This document shows, one piece after another, positions 39,079 through 51,140 of a stretch of 64,000 bases of DNA. Position 1 is the stretch's first letter. Each line of letters starts with the position of its first letter. Made by a program: the position numbers and the translations under genes. Source of the stretch: Euglena gracilis (lineage: Eukaryota); contig CP154954.1 of NCBI GenBank assembly GCA_039621445.1, positions 15,395,805 to 15,459,804 on the forward strand, in the 5' to 3' direction. The notes beneath the pieces were generated by a model that was given only the letters and a program-made list of their open reading frames with translations, did no database searches and was not told where the DNA came from.

Positions 39079-42000
39079 GACACCTCGGGCTCCGCACTTT
39101 GCCCTTGTGAGGCCATGCCTTGCTCACCAGCGGTGTGGTTTGGATTGTTTTGCTGCGTTGGGTTAGGAGGTCCCGCCTAGTGCCATTTTTCACCGGAGTT
39201 GGATAATTCTTAATTTTGCCTTCGACACCAAGAAGAAAGGAACGCCAAATACCTTATCAATTGGAGGAAGAAGAAGTCAATCAAACAATTCAAATTATCC
39301 TGGTAAAGACGCTGGTGCAGAACCTCAACGCAGAAATTGTTGAAGCATCTGAAAGATTTCAATAAAAAATGCAATTTCCAAGACGAACAGCGATGGAGAA
39401 TTTCAAGAGGGAGCAGCAGACAACTTGACAACCTGACAACCGGACAACCTGACGGCGCGGTTCCAGTGTGGTCAGCCGTGGCTGCCCCTTCCACAAAAGA
39501 AATTTCCCCAAAAGAACTTCCACAACCCCCCCCAAAGTGATGGCAACAGACCCTGGCAGACAGTTGGCAGAAGACCCCGCAAGGGGCAGAAGCAACAATC
39601 AGCAGGCCACTACGGCCATTGCAACCAGGGGCATGGGGGCCAACATTCCACAACACAATGCACATCAAAGCGGGGCTATGGTAGCCAGAACCGCACAGGC
39701 CGTTAAGGCAACAAAGGCCATGGCGGCACAAAACGGCCATGAACGCGTGTGCATTTACAAATGTCGCTGGAACAAAGGCCAAGGTGGCCACCAGCACCAA
39801 GACCCCACAGCACATGGCAGGGGCAGACAAGGCCTTACACAACATCCCCACCACTTCTCAATCACACCACCCCTCAGGGGTCAGGGTGGGGGACCCAAGA
39901 ACCCCTCAAGATTTCAAATGGGCATGGCGACCCAGAAACAAATCAGGCCATTGGGGCCTTTCAATTTATCATCCAGGACATTGGGGCCAGAAATATCAAC
40001 AAGCAGATCAACAATCACAACAACACCACAGGAGAGGTCCCTCACAGGCCCCCCAGAAGCTAAGGGACGGCCCTGCAAGGGATTTAAATTAAAATTGGCA
40101 GCCCCCTGTCCAGCCCCAGAAGGAATATGGCCCCCCAACTGCCAGCAAGGAGGAACAGGAAGGGGGAGGCTCCCCACCAGCATTTTTTCCAATTCAATCA
40201 ACAAGGGGGGACCCACAGAGGCCCCCTATGGTACGGCTACCAACCCCATCAACATCAAGCCAGATAGGCAAAGCAGGGGCAGTAAGTCCTATGGTATGGA
40301 AACAACCCAAGAACAAGATCCTCCAGAGAGCGTGTGAGCGGAGAGGGAGAGGCTGCATGCAAATCCTCCCAGGAACACTTACTTTTTCAGAGGGCTCAAG
40401 CCCTAGGGGCTTTAGGGGCTGTGAAATGTCCAACACCCCCCACCCAGCACCCAGAAAATCATCTAGTTGGGAAAATACATTCCATGGAGGAAAAATGGGG
40501 AGACACCCCTTGTACCAGAGCCTTCAAAAAAAGACTAAAATGGTGGACAAAAAATGCCCCCCCAGCAACATGTCGAATGATAAAAAAGAGTGGAATTCAA
40601 CCACCCCGGGTAAATCCCCCCAAATTGTCCACCCACCCAAAACCGGGATCCAACTTGGACCTGAAACAGGCAGAAAAAATTCTGCTGGATTGCGAAAAAA
40701 TTGGGTCAGTGAAACGAGTTTGAGATTTAGAAACCCAGCATTTGATCGCATGGTTTTTAATTTCAAAACCAGAAGGGGGAACAACCAAATGGAGAATCAT
40801 CAGCGACTGCAGAGAAATAAACAAGCAGTTTCAGTTAAAACCTTTCAAGCTGGATCATATCCAAAACATTTTTCAAGTTTTGGGAAAGGCCACTGGGCAG
40901 CAAAAATATGACCGAAAGGATGCCTGTTATCATATTCCAGTAAGTCCTTGCCTCAGGCCATTTTTAAGGCATCAGGTAGGGGACAGATCTGGGAATTTCA
41001 AACAGGCTGCTTTGGGCTAAATGTAATGCCCCAAAATTTCATGTCAGTAATGAAAACATTCGAACAGGAGTAGAGAAAAAGGCGCATCCAGGTGTTTATT
41101 TACCTGGACGACATTTTGCTGGTGGCCCCCACACGAGTTTTTTACAAAATAACCCGAACACAGCTGTCAAAGATTTTCTGAATTGAGGGTTCAAAATCAA
41201 CCTGAAAAAGTCCACCCTGCAGCCCACCCAAGTGGTAACCCATCTGGGTTTTCAACTAAACTTCCAGGAAGGAAAGTTACACGTACCCTCCGGAAAGTCA
41301 AAACCATAAAAAATGAGCTTGGAAAACTTGTGAAAAAAGATTACATGTCAAAAAGGCAGTTGGCTGCCATTTTGTGTCAAATAAGATGCAAACTAATAGC
41401 CCTGCCCGTTTTAATGGCTTTTATGGACACCCTGGCAATTTTTAGATGGCAAAGTCCACAGCCACCTGGGACTCAAAACACCCCATTTCCCAGGAAATCA
41501 AGTCCCAATTAAGGGAAATAATAAATTCTGCTGGACACCTGGGGGGCGGACCTTTCCCCCAAAATGCAACCAGAGAGTTCCACTCAGACAGCATCAGCCA
41601 TACCAGGGGGGAGGCGGGGCTGGACATCATCACAGGAGAAATTGTGCAGGAAATTTGGAGAGAAAAACTCCATTTTGCACATGAATGTAAAGGAGCTCAG
41701 TGCAGCAATCAGCACTGTGAAAAGTTTGAGCAAACCTGGGGCAACAGTTTCTTTGTCAGTGGACAACCAGGTCATTTACTATTACCTGACAATATGACAA
41801 AAATGGGGAGCAGAAAAGACCCATTCAACAAAAAGCTAAGACCGTTCTTCCAATGGTGCATCACAAAAACAGGTAAACCTCCTGGTCAGCTGCGTTCCTT
41901 CAAAAGAATGCCCCCATCAGCAGATTGGAAATGGACAGGGGGGATTACTCCCTGGACCCCCAGATTTTTCACTGGCTAAGACAGCATTTCAAGAATCTCA

Positions 42001-44519
42001 ATCACTTGCAAACAGATTTATTTGCCTCCACAGGCAACAAAAAAACTGCCCAATTTCGTGGCCAGATGGCCCCACTGGGAGGCCACAGCAGTAAGCGCAC
42101 TACAATGTCCACTGGACAACATGGGGGATCTTTGTGGAAAACCCCCCTGCTCAATAGTTCAAAATTTCTGCCCAGGTTGGAAATGTTTCCCCAGACCAAA
42201 GTTTTGATGGTCACCCCCTACTGGGAGTCAGCCAAATGGTGGCCCTAATCAATAAAGATGAAAGTTCCAGGGACCACCAGCCTGAAAATCACCACCTACA
42301 GGGGTAGGTTCACCAATTGCATGGGGGAACAAATGCCACCCCAAGATTGGCAGCATGTTTTTGCATGACATGCTGAGGAAAATTTTGGAGGAGAAAAAAA
42401 TTCAGGTGCAAACCATTGACGATTTCCTGGGGAGAAAGCACAGTTTAAAACGTTGTGAGAGTGCTTTTGCACTTCTGTGGGAAATTTTGGAACACATGGG
42501 CGTGCCCCCTCCCTGAAGCCACCACAGACCAGGTGGCTGAAGCATTAATACAATTATTCCAATTTTATAAGTCCCAAGGTCGTAATGCATACGGTGCTAT
42601 GCTTTTGATTCCTGGGTTTGGTGGACAAAGATTCCACACCCTGTTAACCCCTTACAAGAGCCTTTGGAACCAACGTGTGGAGAAGCATGGGGCATTTTTG
42701 GATCCCGTCCCAATCCTCCTGTGTGGGCGGCCCGGTGCCCTGCAGCCAGAAAAACCAAATTTCAGGTTCAGAGCCACAAATTAGGAGCGGAGCCTCCTAA
42801 TTCAAGGGGGAAATCACACAATTTCACACAGGCCGCAACCAGCCTGAACACAATGACTCAGAAAGCCACAAGCATTTGAATTGGTGCTGTGTATCAATAC
42901 TATCACTTTGTGGGGGGGGGACAATTTTGCCAAAATGGCCATTGTGAGGGAGGGGACACTTTGGGGGGGGGCGCATTTTGTCCCAGAGAAAGTGACCACT
43001 TTCGTGGGGGAACAAATTTGCCAAAAAATTTTGGCCACTCTGGGGGGGCACTTTGAAGGGGGGGTGAGGGTGTTTTTTTGTCCCAAATAGCCCAGAGGGT
43101 GGTTCCCCAAAAATATCACCATTCAAGATTAGTGGGTGGGTGCAGCGCCCAGAGCATTTCAATTAACGTCACAAAGTGCACCAGAAAAAATGGAGGCAAA
43201 ATGGGGTAGCAAAAGAAGAATACGATGTGAATATTTTGTCATCTTTCACATATGTCCCCCATGTTTAACGGTAGTGTTACCACTATTTCGAAATGATTCT
43301 AGTTCGGTACACCACAGACGGCGGCCAAAATCTGCCAGGCGGTCACACATTCTGATTCCGAGGTTTCCGGCCCTCCAGGTCTGTGCAGCGGATCCTAATT
43401 CAGCTTCGGTTTGTCCAAAAAAATCTCTCGTCAGTCTGCCGTCCGTCGTCGAGGTTGAGAAACACAGACTTTGACCAAAGCCATGTTGCTTTATAAACAC
43501 AGCCTTAAATAACTGCGACTTAAACACAGACTCTGACCTGAGTCTGCGTTTCGAAACGCAGACTCAGGTCAGAGTCTGCGTTTAAGACGCAGTTCTTGAT
43601 ATAATGCAGGTCCTCAGACTTGGCACAGATTAAACGAACCACCATTGTGTTGGGCACCCTACACAAAAATTAATTGTAAAGGCCAGAAGTGTCACACGTG
43701 GGAGAGAGTGGTGTTAATTCCCCCATGTCCAGAAATAAGCGCCTTTCATTTAATGATGTCTTATGTGACTGCCACACGTTCAGTCGTCAGACCTGGGGGC
43801 CCCTTCTGATTTCGTTAAAACCCCCCTTCAGGGCTGTGGGGGCAGATACCGTTGCTTCTATCACAATAGGATTTTTGGCCAGGCATGTGGTAACCACCCA
43901 GGTGGGGGGCCCACTCCACAAGAGGGGCGGGTTTGGTTTACTCAAAAAATTGGGCCTTTCTGTGCAAGAAGTTTGTGAAATTGTGGAGGGGGGTGGAGGC
44001 TTTTACAGCCCTCAATCAAAGACTTGGTGTTCAAGGTGCCCTGGAAAATGCCCTGGCCCCCCTAATTTTAGTGCAAAATCTGGCCTCACAAGGGCAAAGT
44101 GCGGAGCCCGTGGTGTCTCGTACTCCCTTGAGGCAGACCGACAAAGGAGGAATGGAAACCGAGGACGAAGAACAAATACCTTGTTAGCCCGACACCCCCA
44201 CCCGAAAAAAAATGTCTTCAAATGCACTCGGTCAGAAAACGGGGGCCAGGGGGGGCAGAGGGGGGGGGGACTCCCCACAAGGGGCAAGAAGCCACGTCGC
44301 CAACTCGGAGCAGAATCGTCAGCCATCTCCGGCGAGGCAGCACTAAGGGGCACCTCCTATCACAACGCAGCAAACAATTCGAACAACACCGCCGGCGAGC
44401 AAGGCATGGCCTCACAAGGTCTTCGTGCTTCGCCCTCGGTGTCCCTTTGTCCCTTGTTGGTCTGCCCCTCGGTGTCCCTTCCTCCCTTGTTGGTCTGCCT
44501 CGAGGGACAGGGAGTACGA
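39079..44519 (+). mobile_element. DIRS1-like element B5 (diverged subfamily; interrupted ~42722-43590)
   Basis: Left end GACACCTCGGGCTCC, right end GGGAGTACGA, YLDD at ~41101, ICR ~44080-44185. ORF1 region clearly diverged from B1-B4. Confidence 0.9.
42722..43594. mobile_element. Composite insertion into the YR region of B5, starting TGTGGGCGG and ending in an 84-bp palindrome
   Basis: B5 homology stops at CCAATCCTCCTG and resumes near 43600. First 9 nt equal the start of the 49721 insert. Confidence 0.6.
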
Positions 44520-44538
44520 AAAGGCCTTGTGGATCCCT

Positions 44539-45150
44539 GACACCTCAGGCTCCGCGCTTTGTCCTTGCGACACATGTCCCGTCTTAGTGCCTATTGCCGC
44601 CGGAGTTGGTGGATTAATAATTTGCCATTCGACACCGGATAAAGGAGTCAAGCTTCAAACGAAGAAGGTTCAAGAAGAGCCACAAATTCCATTTCAATTT
44701 CCAAATGAGCACGGACCAGACTAATGCCGCCTAACAAGCCAATCAACTAATTGCCAATTTGGGTCTCACTGGACGATCACATTATAAAGAATGGTTCAAT
44801 ATGCAATACCGAGGCCAAATACCACAATGGTGACCCAGAAACCAGAACACAATATTGCCAGAACCTGGGAAGATGGAATCAAAGCCGAGGAGGACTTCAC
44901 CACCACAGGGGCCATGGTGGCCAATTCTGCAAGCAGCTACTCCCGGGAACGGGCAGAAACGTTCTGTCAAACGCACCAAATTTCCATAACGCCACACGCC
45001 CGACCAAGGGGAAGAGGGGGGGGGCACTAGAGCCCCCTAGATTTCAGCTGGAGCTGGATACAAACGTCAATAAATGTATTCCCCGGCCATGGAGGCCGAA
45101 TTTATATCCAAGGCCCTGGAGGCCATGCTCAAGTGAAAGGCCAGAAAGGC
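44539..45150 (+). mobile_element. 5' remnant of a further diverged DIRS relative (B6); right limit uncertain
   Basis: GACACCTCAGGCTCCGCGCTTTGTCCTTG followed by CTTAGTGCC...GCCGGAGTTGG. CCCCCTAGATTTCA (~45033) resembles B CCCCAAGATTTTCA. Confidence 0.65.
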
Positions 45151-45649
45151 CAGATTGAACGGGAAGGACACGGCAGCCAGGTGTAGAAGCCAGAATGCGG
45201 GTGGAGACAAGCCAGGATACCCCGGATGGGACTCCTCTGCCTGAGGCACAGGAGGCGATCAGCCGGCCCTGTGGCCATAATGCCGCCGCTAATCCCTCCG
45301 GTATGGAAGAAACCGCGACCACCGAAGCCAAGCCCACGCCAGGCAACCCATCACCTTGGTTTGAAGCAGAGCGGCAGGGTCCCTCCCCAGAGATTGAATG
45401 GGGAGGAACCGAGCCGGACTCCTGCCACACCGAGTACCCGACAGGTGTTCGGCAGATGGGGAACCGGCAAGGGAGTGGGCATAGGCAAGGGAGAACTCAA
45501 AGGCGTGGCCAGCAAGGGTAAAGGTGAAGGCACAGGTAAGGGACACGGAAGGCAGGAGGAAGAGGAAGGACCTGAGGAAGCCCCTTCGGACTTTTGAGCA
45601 TGTGCTCAGGTTCAAGGAGGAGTTGGAGGGTAACGGCTAGCGGATGCAA

Positions 45650-46863
45650 GATGGATCCCACGTGGCAAAAAAAATACAGTCACTCCTCCACATGCCCTCA
45701 TTGATGCGGTATTGTACCGCACCGAGGACAGAACCAGAAAATTCCTTCATAGAATTGATCTGTACGCCTTCGAAGGTGACCTGCAAGTCGAGAGACCCTT
45801 GCTGGATGCCCAGCCCGTTTTTTGGGAGCTCTGCTTTTATCTAGGATACATGTTAGCTCGGAGATTGAAGGCCTACTTCGGTTGTATTTATTCAATCGGC
45901 CCCTCGGAGTACAGTGGGAATACTACTCACTGCACCCCGCCATTGAACGCCTGGTCGATGGTCGAGGTGTTTTGGATGCAAAACTCCAGGTGTGGCTGGA
46001 GAGCCATTACGGCTCGACGTTCCACGTCCTGCGCGTTTCACTGGCTTACCCACAGAGGTAGGACCCCTTGTGTAAGTTTTGTGGGCAGGAATTTTCTGTC
46101 GAATTTTGGGGATTCGGCGTACGCGGACGACCTCCACCGCCTCAGTATAACCCGAAAGTGGAGGTGGGACGCCAAAAGCTTATGAATGCGTGGCGCGACA
46201 CACCTGTTTTTTCCGGCGCAAGATTCAACGCGTCGTTAAGTGTATTTTATGCTGCAACGGTTCTGGTGGCGGGCTTGGACCACCTACGTTATAGACGTGC
46301 ATATACATCTCCGTTACAACCTGGACGACAGGCCAGAGTTGAATAGCCCGCCGCTGCAATCTGCCTTCCCTAATAGACGTCAGCCGTTCACCAACTTGCG
46401 TCCCGCTTGGCACCCGGCAGATATGAGGCTGGAGGATCACTTGCGGCGCCGGGTCGGCGGAACGCTGCAGCGGGAGGTATTCCTCCCGTACATGCCAAAA
46501 ACGACATAAATCCTTGGCATGTGCATTCCTATTCTGGCATGCGTTCGGGAGATCGAAGATGGACTATTCGATGTCTGGGACGCAATTCCCCACAGACACC
46601 TCGGTGGCCCGAATGTTCCGGCCAATGCATGGGTGCGAACATTCCCCAACAGCACAGAAGCACCAGCCTTGAATTTTGCAGCCACTCCAAAGATCCTGGA
46701 TCTCTCCAGAAACTTGCGCGCCTACATCGTGCCAGAGGATGAACCTCTGGGGCGGAGGAGACGTGAAGCGTCTGTCGCTTCAACCACCGCGATTCCGCGC
46801 CGTAAGGAACGCGAGCAGAGGCATTTTCTGTCACCATTCAGGAGGCAGCGCTGCCGCTTGTGA
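45650..46863 (+). pseudogene. Possible disrupted protein-coding region of unknown function
   Basis: Successive overlapping ORFs (45712, 45822, 46068, 46240, 46519) with protein-like composition and normal CpG content. No motif recognised. Confidence 0.3.
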
Positions 46864-47076
46864 CAGGAACAGCAGAGTCCTTCGTCTCTGCCACGCGAGC
46901 GGCAGGGGGACGATCGGTCCCCCCTGCACCTTCGGTGGCCACTTCGGTGTGCCCACCGGCAGGTGGACATGAAGAACACCTGCAGAGTGAAGGCGAGGGT
47001 GAAGGAGCGGATAATGTCCTCTGCGCTGCTCTTCCCACTCCTTCTCAGCCCCAACCAGACGACGCATCCGCAGGAG

Positions 47077-47356
47077 CTTTCTGAGATAACTCTTTTCTGG
47101 GAATTCACTTGGATTTTCTGGCTTCATCGCTACAAAATACCACTTTTTTGTAATCCTTCCGCCGGAACTTCCACCAGTAAAACCGAATGCAAGGCACCAA
47201 AACAAAGTCTTCCAACACGTTTTGAACAAGGTATTCAGCTTATTACCACCTACAAAGTGAAATGGCAATTTTTTTAATTAGGCTTCGCTCTTCCTAATTT
47301 TTGCTTTGGCCAGCCGCCCTCCCACGCACCCCTCCCAGGCCAATGCCGACAACCTA
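47077..47356 (+). repeat. ~280-bp dispersed repeat; second copy split into 48054-48153, 49702-49720 and 50935-51105
   Basis: Direct alignment of the two copies. The first copy is the empty-site reference for two insertions in the second. Confidence 0.88.
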
Positions 47357-48153
47357 CGAAGTTAGGCGGCTGGCATTCATCTGGGGTTTTTGCTCTGAGG
47401 GTAGTTTTTTTTGGGGGGGGCGCTGTCGCGGACGTAATGTGCAACAAAAACCAATTAAAGCGTAAAGCAGCTGCTGCCAGCAATCCCAGCAAATACAAGA
47501 CAAATCCATGACCCCCCCTTGCCCACTCCTGGGGAAATTTGGGACGCTATCTGAGGAACCTGCGGTTTCCTCCAGAAACCACAAGTTATCCCATATTGAC
47601 ATTGAAATTTTGACAATTGATTCTGCATATCTTTTTTTTTGACATGGACATGTTGAACTTTCCTCTGCCCAAATTGTGTGCATTGATCCGAGCCGAATCA
47701 GGTACCATTGACTGCCCAAAGGATTTGCAACACAAATGGACAATTGAAACTGATTTGCACAGTGTGTGGTGTGGCATAAGGGGCAGCTGGGCCCAAAAAT
47801 GCTAAAGCATTTGCCTCCCAACCCATCACAGCAGTACATAACTTTGGGACTGGAAATGACATGTGCATTTTGCCTGGTGTGTCCTGGGGCTGCTGGGCCC
47901 AAATTTGCTTCTGGAAAGTGCCTCCCAATCCAAAATGGTGTGGCAAAAGGGGCTGCGTGGCCCGAACTTTCCAGCAACGGACTCCCAACCCAAACAAAAG
48001 CACAAACTGCATACATTGAACCTGAACAGCTTGACTTAACTGAATACCTTGAGTTTTCTGAGATGTCTCTTTTCTGGAAATTCACTTGGATTTTCTGGCT
48101 TCAGCGCTTCAAAATACCACTTTTTTGTAATCCTTCCGCCGGAACTTCCACTA

Positions 48154-49701
48154 AAGGGGGTAGTTTAAAGGTGCCGGGTACTTAATACGTAGGGATTAAA
48201 GGCGCTCGGATTAAATTCGGTTTCGGAACCAAACCTCGGCGGATTAATTTCGGTTCGGGCCAAGGGAGGCTGGTAAATGTCCAGGGGGCGACGTTTTTTT
48301 GCAACTCTTTTCAGTCAAACGAACAGGCTGCACTTGATACTCGCTGCCGGGGGGAAACAGTTTTGCACCCCCAAAACATCAAAAAAAATTGGAATCCCCA
48401 GAAAAAACGAAAAGGTGCAAAAAAAAGATTCAGTTCAATTGCCGATTTACCCACATGCGCCCAAGGCATTTTCAAAAAAACAAGCCAGCCTGGACAAAGC
48501 CCGCCTGAAAGAACATTTTGCCAAACACCATTGAAAAGAAGGTTCACAGGAAATTAAAACACAAATTTGCGCAAAAACACAACCCACTGAAACCGAAACA
48601 AACAGCGCTATATTACAAAAAACTGCAACAGTTGAAAACAACTTTACTTTCACCCTGGGCCCCCCAAATTTGGAAAAAAAAGAAAAAATTCCGGATAAGT
48701 AAACATTTTTTCTGAAATCATCCAATGTGTCTGGTACAAAAATTTTGTCCATTGAACTGAAAACAGAAATGCTCGTGCAAATAAACTGCAGTTCGATCAG
48801 TAGTTTAAATCTCAACTTCGGTCCACAACTCCCTGACGAATAACCTGGTGATGCCAGGACCATCACTTCCAGGGTTTGACAGCGTCCACGGCTGTAGACA
48901 TATTCGGGGGGGGGGACTCAAAGCAGGAACTCATGTCGGGGGGGGGGGCAGATCGGGACTTTCTGGAGGGCAGAACTGGGGTAAAAACGGGACTTGGTTC
49001 AGGGGGGGGCTGAAACAGGATTATCTGGGAGGACAAACAAAAACACCTGTGGGAATTTGCTTGGCAAATCCTGAGTCCTGATTGTTCCCCACGGAAGGCA
49101 CAAGTCAATCTTCGTCTGGATGGTGAACTTGCAGTAATGTGGTACTCCAGCACGGGGGCATGACCGTTGCCAATCTGATCTTGCACTTCAGAATGATGAA
49201 CTGAAGAAACATGAATGTGAAAAAAAAAACAGCCGACAGAAACAAGCCAGACAGAAAAACATTGAAGAGAGGCTTAGCTGGGCAGTGAAGTCAGCAGCCT
49301 CCTTGGTGTCGAGGCCACATAACAACGGCGAATATCCTTGACAGACACGTTCTTCACGTTGAAACCAAGGTTGTCGTCAGGGACAGCTTCCCTCAGAGCC
49401 TCGTGGTCTCCATAGACTTGACTTCAGTGGTCAAGTTGTTGGGTGCGAAAGTGACCAAATCACATCAGTTCCAATACCTAAAAGTTTTTTAAAGCCTTTT
49501 AAACCGCTTTTAAACACTCCCCTGTATGGTACCTTGCCCAAAGCTGTCTCTTGCAAATTAGGAGTTACCTCGATAGCGGTTTCACTCGCTGGATTAAATC
49601 CGGTCTGAAACCCGAACCTCGCTGGATTAAAACGGATTTAATCCAGACCGAGTTAAATATCAAACCGAATTAAGTGTCCTACGATTTAAAGCTACCCCCT
49701 G
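48154..49701. mobile_element. Non-autonomous Tc1/mariner-type DNA transposon (TA TSD) carrying a host gene fragment
   Basis: TIRs AAGGGGGTAG-TTTAAA / TTTAAAGCTACCCCCTG. TA at 48152-53 and 49702-03. CTCG(N)nGGATTAA subterminal repeats. Empty site at ~47171 (CCACCAGTAAAACC). Confidence 0.85.
49100..49460 (-). pseudogene. EEF1A: Elongation factor 1-alpha fragment (two partial exons and a 77-bp intron, 49201-49277)
   Basis: Translates to [56 protein letters not shown] / (F)IIL..QIGNGHAPVLEYH..CKF..IQTKID, with several small deletions. Confidence 0.92.
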
Positions 49702-49720
49702 TAGTAAAACCGAATGCAAG

Positions 49721-50934
49721 TGTGGGCGGCGGGAGGCGGCCTGGCGCCTGCGCACTGGAATTAGCGAATATTCTGCCCCATTCCGCTACTTTTTTTACCT
49801 GTGTACTTTTCTCCCCCAAATTCTCTCTTCCGAATGTTTCATTCAAAGAATTGTGCATGCTGAATCAAGAAGAATCAAAATATCAATCTGATTTCAATAA
49901 AACAATTGTCCAAGAAATTCAAAAAAGTCAATCCGGAAAGCCAAGAAAAAGGGGAAACCAAGGCAGCAATTCAAATTCAAAAAAGAAGGGCAACCGGCGG
50001 TGGGAAGCAAGGTGAAGGTGTTCTTCCCCCCCCCCCGCTACCCTTTTTTTAAAATTCAACCAAGGCTTTTCCTCCCCCCCCCTCCTACTGCTTCTGAGGC
50101 ACCCCCAAGGAGTTGGCCAAACATACCGTCCCCCCCCCCATTTTTTGAATTATTTGGCTGCCGGAACCCAGGTTCTGGCGGAATTCAGGCACCGAAAGAC
50201 ACACAAAAAAGGAATTTTTGGGGCGCGTGTGCCTATTTTACCGGAGCGCCGGGTGACTGTTTTCCCCCACTCGGCCTGACGGGGAGCCCATTCCGTGCAC
50301 GGTCACCGAACCGGCGAGAGGGGAAAACTGGTAGCAGAGGTTGATTCCGGAGGAAGGGGAGTGTGGCCGGTTCGAGGCCGGCCAACTCCCCCAAGCGAAC
50401 ACGGGCGGACCACCTGGCGGTAATCGGGGCGACAGCCCAGGGTCGAGACCGGAGAAGGCCCTATAGGCGGCACGCCTTATTATCGCCACCGGTACCCGAG
50501 TGGATCTGGCACTACTCGGCTGTGGTCCCAAATTGAGTCCCGGCGGGCACCCCCAAGGGGGTAAAAAGAAAGGCCCGACCGGAGAGAAAGAGAATTCGAT
50601 CCTACACCCCACGTAACAGCGGTGGAACTGGTAGCAGAGGTTGATTCCCGAGGAAGGGGAGTGTGGCCGGTTCGTAGCCGGCCAACTACCCCAAGCGAAC
50701 ACGGGCGGACCACCTGGCGGTAATCGGGCGACAGCCCAGGGTCGAGACCGGAGAAGGCCCTGAAGGCGGCACACCTTGTTATCGCCACCGGTACACGAGT
50801 GGATCTGGCACTCGGTTGTGGTCCCAAAGATCACGGTTCGAGTCCCGGCGGGCACCCCCAAGGGGGTAAAAAGAAAGGCCCGACCGGAGAGAAGGAGAAT
50901 TCGATCCTACGCCCCAGGCAACAGCCGTGGAACT
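49721..50934 (+). mobile_element. Non-coding LTR/TRIM-like insert (TGT...ACT) with two 300-bp units, each starting with a tRNA-iMet PBS-like motif
   Basis: Inserted in the 280-bp repeat. Flanks CAAG/AAAG. TGGTAGCAGAGG at 50329 and 50629. Confidence 0.65.
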
Positions 50935-51140
50935 AAAGGCATCAAAACAAAGTCTTCCAAGACGTTTTGAACAAGATATTCAACTTATTGCCACCTACAA
51001 AGTGAAATGGCAATTTTTGCTGTGAATTAAGCTTCGCTCTTCCTAATTTTTGCTGTAGCCGGCCGCCTCCCACACACCTTTCCCAGGCCAATACCGACAA
51101 CCTACAAAGAAGGGTTATAAGAACAAGTTGCCACACTTCA

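Noticed and set aside
50785-50857. Functional tRNA-His gene
   Set aside because: B-box and GTG loop are present, but the acceptor and T stems do not pair, and the first unit lacks the motif.
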